Assembly (NCBI GenBank): GCA_013239625.1
Contig: MU054220.1
Coordinates: 186,001 to 250,000, forward strand
Direction of reading: 5' to 3'
Length of the DNA stretch: 64,000 nt
DNA from: Lama guanicoe
Lineage: Eukaryota
This document shows positions 37,716-51,011 of this stretch, piece after piece. Position numbers and translations under genes: made by a program. Each line of letters starts with the position of its first letter. Positions within the stretch are counted from its first letter, which is position 1. The notes below the pieces were generated by a model. The model did not search any database. It saw nothing but the letters and a program-made list of their open reading frames with translations, and was not told where the DNA came from.

Positions 37716-39024
37716 GTGATTGTTTTATTCTGAAAAGGAAACCTTCGTATGAATTTCTTTTCATGAATGTCTAATACAATAAGCATTTCAATTTCCTAAC
37801 CTCACAGACAGCGGAACCATTCGTTTATATGATTTTGGCTGTCACTGAGAAGAAAAAATAAAGCTTTATCCAGGCGGACTGACTTGTAAAAACATGAGTT
37901 AATAATACAGAGCATCCAGCTGTCTCTGCACTGCTTAGCCAAACTGCCACTATTTATTTCAGTATTTAGAACAGACTCCAAAAATTAAATATAATTTTAT
38001 TTGTAAATGCAAGTATTCTTTAGAATACAGTTTTTATTTTCCAGACAGGATACTTTGGGGAAAAGAGATCATTATGGAGCAATCAGTATTTAGGGGTCTA
38101 ATTTTATCATTATGCTCATGTACATTTAACTTGAATCACTGGGAGAACAATTGGCTTCACATGATTTTCCTGCTTAAAATACAGAGCAGTGCTTTTCTCC
38201 TACCTAGATGACCTTCAAGGAAGTGTTTTGTTTAATGTCTAAAGAGGATGTTGGAAGAGCCTTAAAGGAAAGGGAGAATTGAGTCTGATTATTGAAGATT
38301 CTCTGATTAACTTGGAGGCGTCCTTCCTAAATATGAAGAAAAATTCTTCAGGGTAAGTTTTCTCTGAGAATTAGTGGCTCTTCCAGGGGAAATGGTAATA
38401 AAGCTGTGGCAGTTTCATGTGTGGTAAAGGACACCAAGGCCAGGAAAGAGGAAATGGTTTAGGCTAACCTCTGTGAGTGGAAAGGTATCAAAACCAAGTC
38501 CACCTTCTATTTTTGAGCATGTCTTTTATCTTGTAGAATATCTGACTATAAATAATCCGGGCTAATTCTAGGAGCATGTATCTACCAGTTTTACTCGATA
38601 ATTCAAGAACTGGTACTTTCTGCTTTTAAAGTATTTTGCTTTTTTCTGTACTCAAGAGAGAAAACCAGTTAAGAGATATTTCACTATTTATGAATGTTAT
38701 GTTTGTATCTCTGTGTGTGTGTGTGTTTGTGTGTCTATATGTCTGTGTGTATATATTCATTTCTACCCACATACAGGAATGAAAATGTTGACAACTGTCC
38801 AGAAATAACTAACCTAGATTTAAGATGGTTTATTAGGTTAGTTTACACAGTAACCAGCCAACTATGACATTATTCCAGGCTTTTTTCTTCCATTGTAAAA
38901 CAGAAGGTTCCAATTAAATAAACTCTAAGAGTCCTTTGGATTCATAATTTTAGTAAATTCATATAAATTTCATTATCCAAGGCACTTGTCTGTCTACTAT
39001 TTTAGAGCCCATATGGCTATGAAA

Positions 39025-39963
39025 TTAACAAGGGATATATTTCATTTCTTTAACTCTTTTCACAGCATCCTTCACTTCCTTGTTTCTCAGGCTATAAATC
39101 AATGGGTTTAACATAGGAATCACCAGAGTATAAAACACAGACACCACCTTTTCTTGTTCTAAGGAGTATTGGGAGCTTGGTTGAATGTAACTGAAACTTA
39201 TAGAGCCATAGAACAAAGTCACAGCTGTAAGATGGGAAGCACACGTGGAGAAGGCTTTGTGTCTTCCTCCTGCTGAGCGGATCCTCAGGATGGCAGCGAC
39301 GATGAAGACGTAGGAGATCATCACAGTCAGGGAAGTGGTCATGGCAATAACTCCAGAGAAGATTAAAAGCAACAGCTCATTCACGGATGTGTCAGAACAT
39401 GACAGCTTCAACAGTGGGGGAAGGTCACAGAAGAAGTGCCTGATGACATTGGGCCCACAGAAAGACAGCTTCAGCAAGCCAAGCGTGTGTGTCAAAGAGT
39501 TGATTAAACCTCCTACACATGATCCAATGACTAGAGCGACACAGACCATTTTTGTCATAGCCACCGTATAAAGTAAAGGGTTCACAATGGCCATGTAGCG
39601 GTCATAAGCCATTGCTGCCAGCAGGAAGCCTTCTGTGGTCAAGAGTGACACGAATAGAAAATATTGCACAATGCACGCAGGGAATGAAATTGTCTCCTGT
39701 TCAATGAAGAAGTTCAGCAACATTTTGGGTGTGAAGACTGATGAATAGCAGGCATCAACAAATGATAGGCAACTAAGGAAATGATACATGGGTGTCTGGA
39801 GTTTGGGAGTTATCTGGATGAGAAAGAGCATGCCTAGGTTCCCAACCAAGGAGATGGTATAGGTGAGCAGGAACAAGAGGAAGAGGACCACTTTCATGTC
39901 AGCACGATCTGTCAGCCCCAAAAGGATAAATTCGGTCACCAGTGTGAAATTAACATCAGCCAT
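39025..39963 (-). CDS. Olfactory receptor, OR5J subfamily, 312 aa from the ATG at 39963
   Basis: [47 protein letters not shown] and EMKYIPC resemble OR5J. The ORF-track start at 39993 is TTG. Acceptor CAG at 39986-39984. Confidence 0.93.
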   Translation of the reverse strand: MADVNFTLVTEFILLGLTDRADMKVVLFLLFLLTYTISLVGNLGMLFLIQITPKLQTPMYHFLSCLSFVDACYSSVFTPKMLLNFFIEQETISFPACIVQYFLFVSLLTTEGFLLAAMAYDRYMAIVNPLLYTVAMTKMVCVALVIGSCVGGLINSLTHTLGLLKLSFCGPNVIRHFFCDLPPLLKLSCSDTSVNELLLLIFSGVIAMTTSLTVMISYVFIVAAILRIRSAGGRHKAFSTCASHLTAVTLFYGSISFSYIQPSSQYSLEQEKVVSVFYTLVIPMLNPLIYSLRNKEVKDAVKRVKEMKYIPC

Positions 39964-41129
39964 GTGCTTACTTTTCTTGGGACCTGTTAACAATAAGGAG
40001 ATTGGAATAAATTGAGAAGTAACCGTGTGGCGTTATCAAGACTGTTTGGAATCCCTAACTAGTGACTTGAGTTGTTGACGTCTCTGCTCTACTTGTTTTA
40101 TCCATAAAATTAGAACATTTTAACTAAAATTTTCTAGTCTCTTTAAGCACTGTTTATTTGCCTGCTCCATCGGGAAATTCCATGCATGAAGAAAGAAAAC
40201 ATTATGGTCTCGGTTAGGGATGAATTCAGAAGGCATTTAAAACCTTAAGTGAATTTCATTCTAAAATGTGTAAAATCCAGTTTATAAAGCACAAATGACT
40301 GAAGTTGGAAATTTAATCCATGGTACCACTGAAGCTCTCTTTAAAACGTCTTCCTTGGGATCTCATAGTAGCCAATGTCAACTATATCAATATACAAGAA
40401 TAAATGGTATTGTGACATTTAAACTTCAGTTTTCCCACTTAATGACTTCATGTTAAGTTTACACTCTACATTTTTTTTAAACAGGGATGTGAAGAAAGGC
40501 AAGTCCCCAATATGAAAAAAATTCTGGAATCTTTCTTCAAAAATAGCCGAGGCAATAGCCCCTGAAAAGAGTGCTCATTAGGCATGGGGGGAGAGGGAGT
40601 TCTGAGCTGGAATATGAAAATGGTGAACAGTAACTTATAATTGGCCTTTGCTATCCAATAGAAATACCTTACTCAGGAGACTCAGGAAAAAGAGTCTTTA
40701 TGCTTTTTCTGAGAAAAAAGTAAAGCAAGCTTGTAAAGTAAAACAAACCTACAAACCATACAGCTACTTCTTTGTAATACTTTGTTTTCCTTGATGTTGC
40801 AACACCTTTCTTAGAACATGCAATATCGTTTCCACTTAAGCCACATATATTTATTGATTGTGACCTCATTTTGCCTGTAAAATTGAACAATTTTTTAATA
40901 TTTATTTTCAAAATAAATATTTTAAACAATTTAGGATACTAATGACTTTACCTCTGCAGAATAAAGGATGATTTTTGGTGACTTAATCATCCTTTCACTT
41001 GGGAGATGCTATTCCTTGTATACAGAGATTAAAACTTAGAACAAGAATAACATTGCAAGATCACTGGATTAATATGAAATAAGGAAACATCTATGCTAGA
41101 TCTAGAGTATCTAGAGTGACAGATGAAAC

Positions 41130-41143
41130 ATTCCCATGGGAAT
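41130..41143. promoter_or_regulatory. Perfect palindromic O/E (EBF) site ATTCCCATGGGAAT
   Basis: Exact match to the EBF consensus ATTCCCNNGGGAAT, about 1.17 kb upstream of the OR5J-like ATG. Confidence 0.6.
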
Positions 41144-42522
41144 ACAGAGTCATGATTTGGATTGCAATTTGTCCTTTAAGAAATATTCCAGATTGAATTT
41201 AAACACTGATTTTTCATTACTCCAATAGAAGTTGAATAACAATTTTGATGCTAATACAGAAAAAGAGACTGAAGTGTAAGACAAAAGGTGGGAATAACAG
41301 TCAAATTACAAATTTCTCCCTCCTCTATAACTTGAAGTCTTCATCACATTAAAATCTGAACCTTTTTTCCTTCATTTTTTTGGATATTTTTAACTGATTA
41401 GCAGAATGTATGTAGACTGATATTTAAATAAGTGAATTTTACTTACCAGTGGAAGAAAAAAATAGTCAACACCTTAGTTCATTTATGAACCTCATCAATA
41501 CTGATCCTCATAGCTTATTTTTCTCTATTTCCCCACCAGAACAAATAAATCCAAACCACACAAGAATAGTGAATTGACTGATATTTTCAGTGATACGTAT
41601 AATGGGTAAATAATAGTGAGTAGCAAGATTGAAATTGAAACTTATTTAAATGTGAGAACCAAAGCCACAGACTCCAAGCTGTGAAAGCAAGAGAAAGATG
41701 ATCAAAAAACAATCATGTTACAAGATAGGTTTTGTTTAAAAGTTCAGTTATATATCTCCCTTCGTTCAAATGGGAATACGGTCCCTGGAGTTAATCTTGT
41801 GATCCAAAGATATATTAAATATATTATTAAAAGTTCCTCTCTGCTTCTTGAGGGATTTAGGAAACTCTCAAGAACTTAATGGTTCCCTTAAGACATTTGA
41901 TTTCCTGATTGTTAAAAAGAATAGAAGGAAAAGTGGGGCAAGTATAAGGAAGGAACAGAAATCTACAGTCTCTGGGAAAAAAAAAAAAACAACCTGCAAT
42001 AGAATTGGTAGTGATGCTTGCTCCACATCTCAGCAAGGGAAGCTTTTCAGAAGAACCTATTATTTGGAACTAATTGTCAAACACACACACACACAAACAC
42101 ACACACACACTGACATACAAGCAAAACCAAAATGGGATATCAGTGGGCTTAAAGGTAGCAGAGAAAGACTAGATAAAAAACAATTTTATTCCTTTACTTC
42201 TTTGGATTACAAGAAAGTCATAAAAGAAAATTAAAACTACTAGTTCTTAAAAGGTACCTTGTAATGAATCCAACCACCTATCTCTTGAATGTTGATTCCT
42301 CCAGTCTAGTTACACGTCTGCGGATAGAAAACCTGGGGGTTTCTGGCTTTAACTTAAAATGACTTACGATGGATTCTGGTAGAAGTATTTCACGCTCTTC
42401 CATTACGTAGACATCTAAATAAGAATCATCCTTTATTGTTTATTCTGAAAACAGTTACATTTTTCTTCCTAAATGCAAATTTCCTAAATCCCTAAAGTAA
42501 AAGCTGATGGGGCAGGTGGCAG

Positions 42523-43035
42523 TGTTACTGGGTTCCAAAATCATTCTGTTCACTGATCAACAGGCCAATAAGTTGGGAGACAAGGTGTTGGGGCAAGGAA
42601 TAATGACTTATTTGGAAAGCCAGCAGACTGAGTAGAAGGCAGGCTAATGTCCTGGAGAACCATCTTACCCAAATCAGGCTTCTTTTATACTAAAAAGGGG
42701 AGGGAATGTGGTTGGTGGTCGCAAACTTCTTGGTGTCAGAATCCTTTGTTCTTGTAGCTGTCCACATAGGTCAGGTCATGGTGTCCGTGTAGACCTCCAA
42801 CAAGACAGATGTTATTTTTGACTCTGCAACTTTTTATCTGTATATAAATGGGAAAGCGTTACACCCTTAAAGGTCAGAGCCTTGAGAATGGGCTCGCCTG
42901 TATATTTCAGGCTGCAGGCAACATTCTTTTACAAAAGGTGCCCAGTCAGCACGACTCAGCACGGGAAACAGAGCACAGCGTTAGAGCCAAAGGAACAGAT
43001 CTAACAAGGGGTCAGATTTGTTCTTCTCTATTACA
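42523..43035 (-). mobile_element. ERV solo LTR (artiodactyl type), 513 bp
   Basis: TGTTA...TTACA termini, 4-bp near-TSD GCAG/GTAG, LTR-like body. Confidence 0.8.
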
Positions 43036-43205
43036 GTAGGGGTGGGGTTAGGTGAGATTCTATGGCTGAGTTAAGCCAGAAGATGAGCCATTCTTTTAGA
43101 AGGCCTAGAACATTTTTTTAAAGTACCTGATGCAGTCTCTGCTTTAGTTTTTAAATATAAAATTCATTTTCAGTCCATATATGAAAGAATTACATAAGAA
43201 ATACA

Positions 43206-43422
43206 CGGTTGATCCCTGAACAGTGCAGGTGTTAGGGGCACCAGCCCTCCTGTGTAGTTGAAAATCCGTGTATAATTCACAGTCCACCCTCCATATATGT
43301 GGTCTGCCCACTTCCATGGATTCAGCTGAAGATCCTATTGTATTTCAGTATTTACTATTGATGAAAGTCTGTGGGTAAGTGGACCCTTGCAGTTCAAACC
43401 TGTATTGTTCAAGGGTCAACTT
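43206..43422. mobile_element. Tigger-derived MITE (Tigger2a/MER28-like DNA transposon)
   Basis: Degenerate TIRs cggttgatccctgaaca / tgttcaagggtcaactt, followed by TA. Confidence 0.8.
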
Positions 43423-43747
43423 TATATAAAAAATAAATAAATTAAGTTTTTGAGACCTGTATTCTCTTTTCTCCAGAGATTATATAGATTAAGGACAAAA
43501 AAGTATCTGAGAAAACTGTATAAATATGTTTTTTCAGGCACTTAGTTGAAAAGAAAAACAACAAATAATTATGTTCAAAAAGTCCCTGTTACTTCTGTTG
43601 GTTTATTAACTCCTTAAAGTTATATGCAATATTATTTTTAAAAAGCACATATTTCTGGCAAGTGGCTTCACATCAATCATCAGATATGCTAGTGGATCCT
43701 CAAACTAAGATCAAATGTCTTTATTTGCAATAAAAACTAATATTAAC

Positions 43748-43792
43748 CTGAACTGACACAACGTTGTAAACTGACTATACTTCAATTAAAAG
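43748..43792 (+). mobile_element. About 45-bp L1 3' terminus with an imperfect TSD
   Basis: aactgacacaacgttgtaaactgactatacttcaattaaaa between aaaactaatattaa and aaaactggtattaa. Confidence 0.75.
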
Positions 43793-44769
43793 AAAACTGG
43801 TATTAAATTTAAAAAGTATTGATATTTGAGATACTTATCGGGCCATAATTGAATTTGGCATATAGAAAAATTTAGCAGCATTGTTGAAAACAAAGAATTG
43901 GTTAGGATTTTTTACACACAGAATAATTTCACCTGGAAATAACAAGAATTATACTTCTTCTTTCACAATTTGAGCACCTTTCGTTTCTTTTTTTTTATTG
44001 TTCATTCATCCATTGTGCATTTTTGCCTCATTTTTAAAATAATGTACGTTTCATATTTAAGCTTGCTTAAACCTGGAACTTACTTTTGTGTTTTGTGATT
44101 ATGTAATAGGAATCTCAAGTAAAATGTTGAATAGAATTTTTCCCCCACAAAATGCAGTATGATTTCTTTATACATTTGTTTATAGTTTCGTATGTGCATA
44201 TATATGAAAAATATTTTTTCTGATTCTATAGCTTACCTTTTCACTCTATAAATGAATTTTAATTATCAATATAGTTCAATTTATTATTTTTCCCCTTAGT
44301 GTGTCCTGTTTAAGAAATGCCTTGCCTATTAAGTTTTTAAGAATGTCTCAGTATACGGTTTGTACTGTTCTAACTTTCACATTTACTATGTATTAATGAT
44401 TGCCTTCCCTTTTACATTATGCATTTTGAGATATCGACTATAATTCACTCTGTTCCTTTAAAAAAATTTTCCTTATAATGGTTGAAGCTAGAAAGATTCA
44501 ACTCTACTGATACACCCTGCATTTTGCATTATTGTTGCCATGCATTTATAGTCCATTTATTTTAAACTTCTCAATAAAATTCTATGATTGTTGTATAGTC
44601 AAAATTCAATCACTATGTATAATGACCCACAAATTTTAAATTTACTCTTCCCTTTGCTTTATGTACTTTCTTAATTGAAATTTCATGTTTTCCTCTTTTC
44701 CTCTGGGAACTTGTTTCAGAATTATGTACACACTCACACACATACACACACAGATTGTGAAGTGCCCTG

Positions 44770-45990
44770 ATAGTAAGTAAACAGCTTAGTTAAATTTTAT
44801 ATTTACATACATGAGTATAACCACGACATGAGTCATGATACAGATATTTCTAGCACTACAAAATGCTCTCTCATAGCCATAATATGGTAACTTAGTTTTA
44901 CCTGTGGTTTAATGGATTCTTACACATGGACTTTTTGCATCTGCCTTATTTTACTGTGCATAACTTTAGTGAGATTCATTTATATTATTGTATGTCAATA
45001 GCTTTTTTTTTTAAGTGCTGTTGAGCATTCCATTTTGTGAATATACCAAACTGTATTCAGTTATTCTTTCAACAATCGGCAGCTTTTTATTTCTAATTTA
45101 TAAATATAAACATTCTGAATAAAACTACTGAGAACATTTTTGTTCCTGTATGTTTATGGATGGACATACATGCTCATATCTAAGTGAAAGTCCTGGGACA
45201 TAACTCAGGCATTGTTCACCTTACTGCCAAACCGTTCTCTGCAGTGGCTGTACCATTTCATACACTTGTCAGTAATGATACTGAACACTTTTGCGTATAC
45301 TTTTGTCTATTTTGTATATCTTTCATTAAAAAGTCACTTATCTATTTTTTCCCACATTTAGTTGCCTTATTTGTCTTTTCTTATTGACTGGCAGTAGATT
45401 TTAATATGTTCTGGATGTGATTCCCTTGTCAAATACACATACCGCGAGTATCTTTTCGTAGTCTGTGGCTGTTCAGTTTCTTAATGGTGTATTTCCAGGA
45501 ACAGACGTCCTCAGTTAAGACAAAGGCCAGTGCTTCCATTGTTCTTTATAATTTTCCTATTTGTGCGTCCTTACTAAGAAATGTTTGTCCACTTCAGTAT
45601 CACGAAGACACAGACTTCTGTTTACTTCTAGATGTTCTGTTCGTCTACCTTTCAGACGTCTAGTTCTACGATCCATCTTCAATCGCTTTTCATGTGTGGT
45701 ATGAGTTACAAGGTGACGTTTATTCCCCATTCAGTTACCCAATTGTTCTAGCACCATCTGCAACAGGCACGCACACAACGTCTTTCTTATCTTTGTATAT
45801 CGGTAGCTCTATTGGAAAGCAAGTCATTGTGTCTGTTTGTCCTTTGCTGGACTTCTCATTCTTTTGCACTCGTTCATATGTCACCTTTGAGCTAATATCA
45901 CATAGTCTTAAGTGCTGTAGCTTTATACTGAGCCTTAAAATTTGGTAATATCAGTGATCATATTTTGTTCCCATGCTTCAAATTGTGCTG
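44770..45990 (-). mobile_element. Old L1 (L1ME-type) fragments, antisense
   Basis: 'gagattcatttatattattgt', 'gtggctgtaccatttcatac' and 'acccaattgttctagcacca' are typical antisense L1 text. Confidence 0.7.
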
Positions 45991-48900
45991 CCTTTTCTAA
46001 ATCATTAAACAAATAAAATATAATGTCACATCATTTTACACACACACAAAGAACTAGAGAGATCTTTATTAAATTTTTATTAACAACTGTGTTGATTAAT
46101 TTCCAAACAATCGAAGATTAGTTTAGTTTTTGTCATCTATTTAAAGTTAAATTCCACTGTGATCAGATAATAATATACTGTATATAACTTCAATTATTGA
46201 AATGTGTCATATGATACAATATAAAATCAATTTTAAATATTCAATATGTATGTTAGAGAATGACTATACTGCAGTTGGACTTAGTGTTCAGTGTAATTCT
46301 ATTGGGTCAATTCAATTTATTCAGTTGGCCTCTGTGACCCAGATCCAGCTTTGGATACTCTTCTACACACCCTCTTTCCTTCCAATTTCCTATGTGGAAA
46401 ATCAGCTGTGTGGTTAAGCTCCTATTTAGCCCAGTACACATACCTTGTCAGTGCAAATAACTGCTTAAAACTCCACTGTTTGCTCTTTCCCCACAGCAGC
46501 CGCAGGACGCGGGTTCGGAACCAGTAGCCCATCACTTTGGTGGGTGCAGCTGTTAATATTCATATTATTTGGGACACCATCAAAAATTCCTCTCTGCTTT
46601 TCAAAAGTTCTCTGTTTAAGTGAGCCTTTCTATCTATTAATCTTGATCTATGTGTCTGTGTATCATCTATTGTCTGCCCTCTGTCTGTTTATTTACTTAT
46701 CTGGTCTCCATGCCTGGGACAAAATACAATCATACGTAGTGAAACTTGCAAAGTGTCTGCTGAATTTGTACTGGTTCCTCTGAACACGTGCAGAGCCCGC
46801 CACCCTCTACCAGACTGCATTTTCAAGTCTGCCCTGAATCAGAAGACTAGAAATCAGCTTGCCTCTCTAAGATTACACCTGTCTGGAATCAAAACCACTC
46901 CAGCTCTCTGTTCCTTAACAGGCTAGTCACCTGTACCAACAGATACATCTGTACTTTATCCGGCGTTTCCTATTTTTGCATAAATACTGTTTTAATCCCA
47001 TTCATCTGCTCAGAAGTAAAAATGATCTATTATTTTATAAACACGTTTCCCTGTGTTTTCCCAACTTTTTATTTTGGAACGTGTCCAACTTACAGAAGAG
47101 ATTCAAGAATAATACAAATTTGCAAAAAGAATTAACAATCACTCATGGACCCCTTACCTATAAATAACAATTGCAATTGCTACCTTCGCTTTTTCACTCT
47201 CTCAATCTCTCTCTCACTCCATTTACACATAGATAGAAAAATTCTAATGACATACAGATTGTATGTCTAATTTTTTTTTTCTTAACCCATTTATCTTGCC
47301 AGTATGACACAGGTTCAGAAACTCTCAGTCATGTAAACCTTTTCTTCTCAAAAAAATTATAAATTAAGGTAATTGTATACATATATTTATTTATAGATAA
47401 TAATAATGTTATTTTATAATATCCAGTGTGTATTCATGCTTTCTCAAAGTTTGAGACATAACATTAGGTAACACATTCATCTTCTCATAATATCCCACAT
47501 GCTCTATCACACAGGTATATTTTGCAGTGTTTTGATTCGTGTTATTTAGCCTGAGATCCTTAAACTTAACTGAATTATACAACTTCTTATATTTTTTCTC
47601 CCTTATAGAATTTCAGCTCTTAACATGTTAAAATTACATTGAACACCAGATTTATATCTAATCTGTATCTATATTTATATTTGCATAGCTGTCTATCTAC
47701 CCAAAATCTATCTAATTTGTCTACCTCTTTAGGAAACTTTGAAGTGGTTTGTTTATTCTGTGTTTACAACTGAAAAAACTGGGTTTATCAAACTGAAGTA
47801 TCTTGTCACTGCTACAGAGTTAGTGCTCCCTATATCCTTTGATGTGTATGGAGACTTTTCTTGGCCCTCTCATCTGCTCAACTTTGTAAATATTGCATGT
47901 GCTTGAAAAAAGCACACATATTGTAGGCTTTTGGATGTGTTATTGTACATGTGCCAGGCATGGCCTGGGCCCCTCTTCCTCTCTGGAAACATCTCTTGCC
48001 TCACCTCTCCTTTCCCTTTTTATTCCAGTTCTGATCTTCTTGTGATTTCTTGAACATCCTAGGAAACCTCTTTGGCATTGTTGTTGGCTATACTCTCTTC
48101 CCAGAAGGCATCTATTTTTCTCTCTTCATCAGTTTATCTGATTAAGTGACACAGGTTCAAAGACTCCCAGGCATGTAAACCTTTCTTCTCAAGTAAACAA
48201 ACAAACAAATAAATAAATAACCAAAAAAGGAAATCTTAATCATTTTTCAAGTCCCGTGGATGATTCATGAGCTATCTCTTGAATATGTCCCCTTCACTAT
48301 ATTACTCACCTGTAACACTTCTTGCCTGTCTCAGGATAACTTTCCCCCAATATTCTTTGACTTTCCAAAACGCTGAAAACAGGGGAATTTTCTTAAATCA
48401 TACTATTTGTGTTTCATTTTTTAGTTCCATTTATTAGCCATAAAGAGAGTCCAAAACATGTTATACTGGCATTGAAGTGTCTGCATACATATATCCCTAA
48501 ATACCTTTCTAGACTCATTTTCTACTACTTTTGCTTTAAAATTCCATGCTAAAGCCAATTCGTATATTCTCTTACATTTTTCTAGTCCTTCCCGTTGGCC
48601 ACATTCCTCCATTGCCTGATCCTCTAACAGTTTGTGCTCCATATCTTAAATCTTTTTAGCTTTGGGTCACACAGAGCAACAGATATAATAAAAGTACTCA
48701 GTAAAAATATGTTGAATGAACTATGACTAATGAGAGTTATTTGTTACTATAGCCATTTTTTTCTAACATAATATTATGATATACAGTTTAAATACAAAGT
48801 TGAAGATATATATTTTTACTTGAGTGATGGCATTTTTAGAACAAAAACTAATGATCTAAGAAAATCACGCCAAGAACTTCAATTTTTCCCTGAGATAACA

Positions 48901-49239
48901 ATGGATTTGATAAATGCCTGTTGTTGGGGTATTTTTGGATTTGAGTCCGTGTCAGATTCCTTTAAATCCATGGTGAGGTCTTTCAGAGATTATCATGAGA
49001 ACTTGTTAGAAAAAAAAATATTTATCAACTTTTTTGATAATGAAACTATTGCAGCTCACAAGACAATGAATGGTGAGATAGAGTGATTTTCAGTCTTCAA
49101 GTCAAACCCAGGACTCATGTTTCAAATTACATGAGAGTGTCTTGATTACAGTTTTGTCTGTGATTGTATCTGTGATACAATTGTAAAGACAGTCTATTTA
49201 TTTTCAGGTTAATGTTAGGTTAGAAAAGACAAGATTGAG

Positions 49240-50178
49240 TCAAGTGGAGGTTCTTTTCTGCCATATTGACCTTTTTGCTGCATCTTTCACATCCTTATTC
49301 CTCAGACTATAAATCAGTGGGTTTAGCATGGGGATCACCAACGTATAAAACACAGCGGAGACCTTCTCCTGTTCCAGGGAATACTGAGAGCTTGGCTGGA
49401 TGTAACTAAAGGTTCCAGACCCATAGAATAAGGTCACAGCAGTCAGGTGGGAGGCACAAGTGGAGAAGGCTTTGTGCCTTCCCTCAGCCGAGCAGATTCT
49501 CTGGATGGCGGTGATGATGCGAGTATAAGAGACCACAATGATAATTAAAGTGAACATTGCAATGACCCCAGAGAATATTAAAAGCAGCATTTCATTGTTA
49601 TGAGCATCTGAGCAAGAGAGTTTCAGAAGAGGGGGGATATCACAGAAATAATGATTCACAATGTTCGGACCACAGAAGTCTAGTTTGAGCAAACCTATTG
49701 TTTGTGTCAGGGAGTTAATGAGCCCTCCCAAGTAAGATACAAGAACCATCAGAATACAAACCCTTTGGGTCATAATGACTGTATACAGCAAAGGGTTGGC
49801 TATTGCTACATAGCGGTCATAAGCCATCATAGAGAGGAGGATGCCTTCTGTGGATCCGTACACTGCAAAAAAGGAACTCTGTAGAACACAGCCAGCAAAT
49901 GTGCTGGACTTGTGTTCTGACAGGAAATTGATCAGCGTTTTAGGAGCAATGACAGTAGAGTAACAGATATCACAAAAAGAGAGGTTGCTAAGGAAGAAGT
50001 ACATTGGACTATGAAGTTGAGTATTTAACCAGATCAACACGATCATCCCCCAATTACCTACCAGAGTGATGAAATAAATAAGAATGAAAAGCACAAAGAG
50101 AGGGATCTGCAAATTAGGATTTTCAGTTAAACCTACCAGAAGGAATTCCTTCACACCTGTATGATTCCAACCTGCCAT
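49240..50178 (-). CDS. Olfactory receptor family 5 (probably OR5AQ-like), 312 aa from the ATG at 50178
   Basis: MAGWNHT sequon, [38 protein letters not shown]. Subfamily inferred from position next to OR5AS1. Confidence 0.92.
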   Translation of the reverse strand: MAGWNHTGVKEFLLVGLTENPNLQIPLFVLFILIYFITLVGNWGMIVLIWLNTQLHSPMYFFLSNLSFCDICYSTVIAPKTLINFLSEHKSSTFAGCVLQSSFFAVYGSTEGILLSMMAYDRYVAIANPLLYTVIMTQRVCILMVLVSYLGGLINSLTQTIGLLKLDFCGPNIVNHYFCDIPPLLKLSCSDAHNNEMLLLIFSGVIAMFTLIIIVVSYTRIITAIQRICSAEGRHKAFSTCASHLTAVTLFYGSGTFSYIQPSSQYSLEQEKVSAVFYTLVIPMLNPLIYSLRNKDVKDAAKRSIWQKRTST

Positions 50179-50282
50179 GCATTCGGGTTTGTGTAATTCT
50201 TTAGCTCCAGAACAAGATGAAATCACTCAGATAAAAAATAAATATATATGATTTCTGTACGATCTGGATTCATAATAGCAGG

Positions 50283-51011
50283 TAGCATTTAAGTTTACTC
50301 TGCAGTTAGATGAAAACAGATATTAACTTCAGCAGTGGACCACACGCGTACTAGACAATTCATCTACAGCGACTCAAATTTTTGAAACTAGAGATTATTT
50401 TGTTTCCTCCCTCTCAGTTTCCACATCATCACAGTTGGGATAAGGAAACTCTCTTAGATCATGAAACTGGTAGCACTGACATTCTAACCCAGATACGCCT
50501 CATCTGTATGACATTTACAAATACTCTGTTTACCGGGGTTACAAACAGTGCCACTCTGGAAAGAAATTATTTCTTTATCTGTGGCAAACCTGTTTTTTCA
50601 CACCCAGTTAAGTCATGACACTGTCTTTCATCGTATTAAACTCCCTTAGCATTTAGGTTTACTCTGCAGTTAGATGAAAAAAGATATTAACTTCAGCAGT
50701 GGACCACATGCGTACTAGACAATTCATCTACAGCGACTCAAATTTTTGAAACTAGAGATTATTTTGTTTCCTCCCTCTCAGTTTCCACATCATCACAGTT
50801 GGGATAAGGAAACTCTCTTAGATCATGAAACTGGTAGCACTGACATTCTAACCCAGATACGCCTCATCTGTATGACATTTACAAATACTCTGCTTACCGG
50901 GGCTACAAACAGTGCCACTCTGGAAAGAAATTATTTCTTTATCCGTGGCAAACCTGTTTTTTGCACACCCAGTTAAGTCATGACACTGTCTTTCATCGTA
51001 TTAAACTCCCT
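50283..51011. repeat. Direct tandem duplication, two copies of about 364 bp
   Basis: 50283-50646 and 50647-51011 differ by about 6 substitutions and 1 indel, which also explains the twin ORFs at 50382 and 50746. Confidence 0.95.

Noticed and set aside
37577..37786. ORFs with poly-His or poly-Pro
   Set aside because: Translation of a (GGT)n microsatellite.
50382..50976. Two near-identical 76-78 aa ORFs
   Set aside because: A by-product of the 364-bp tandem duplication, with TTG starts and no recognisable protein features.
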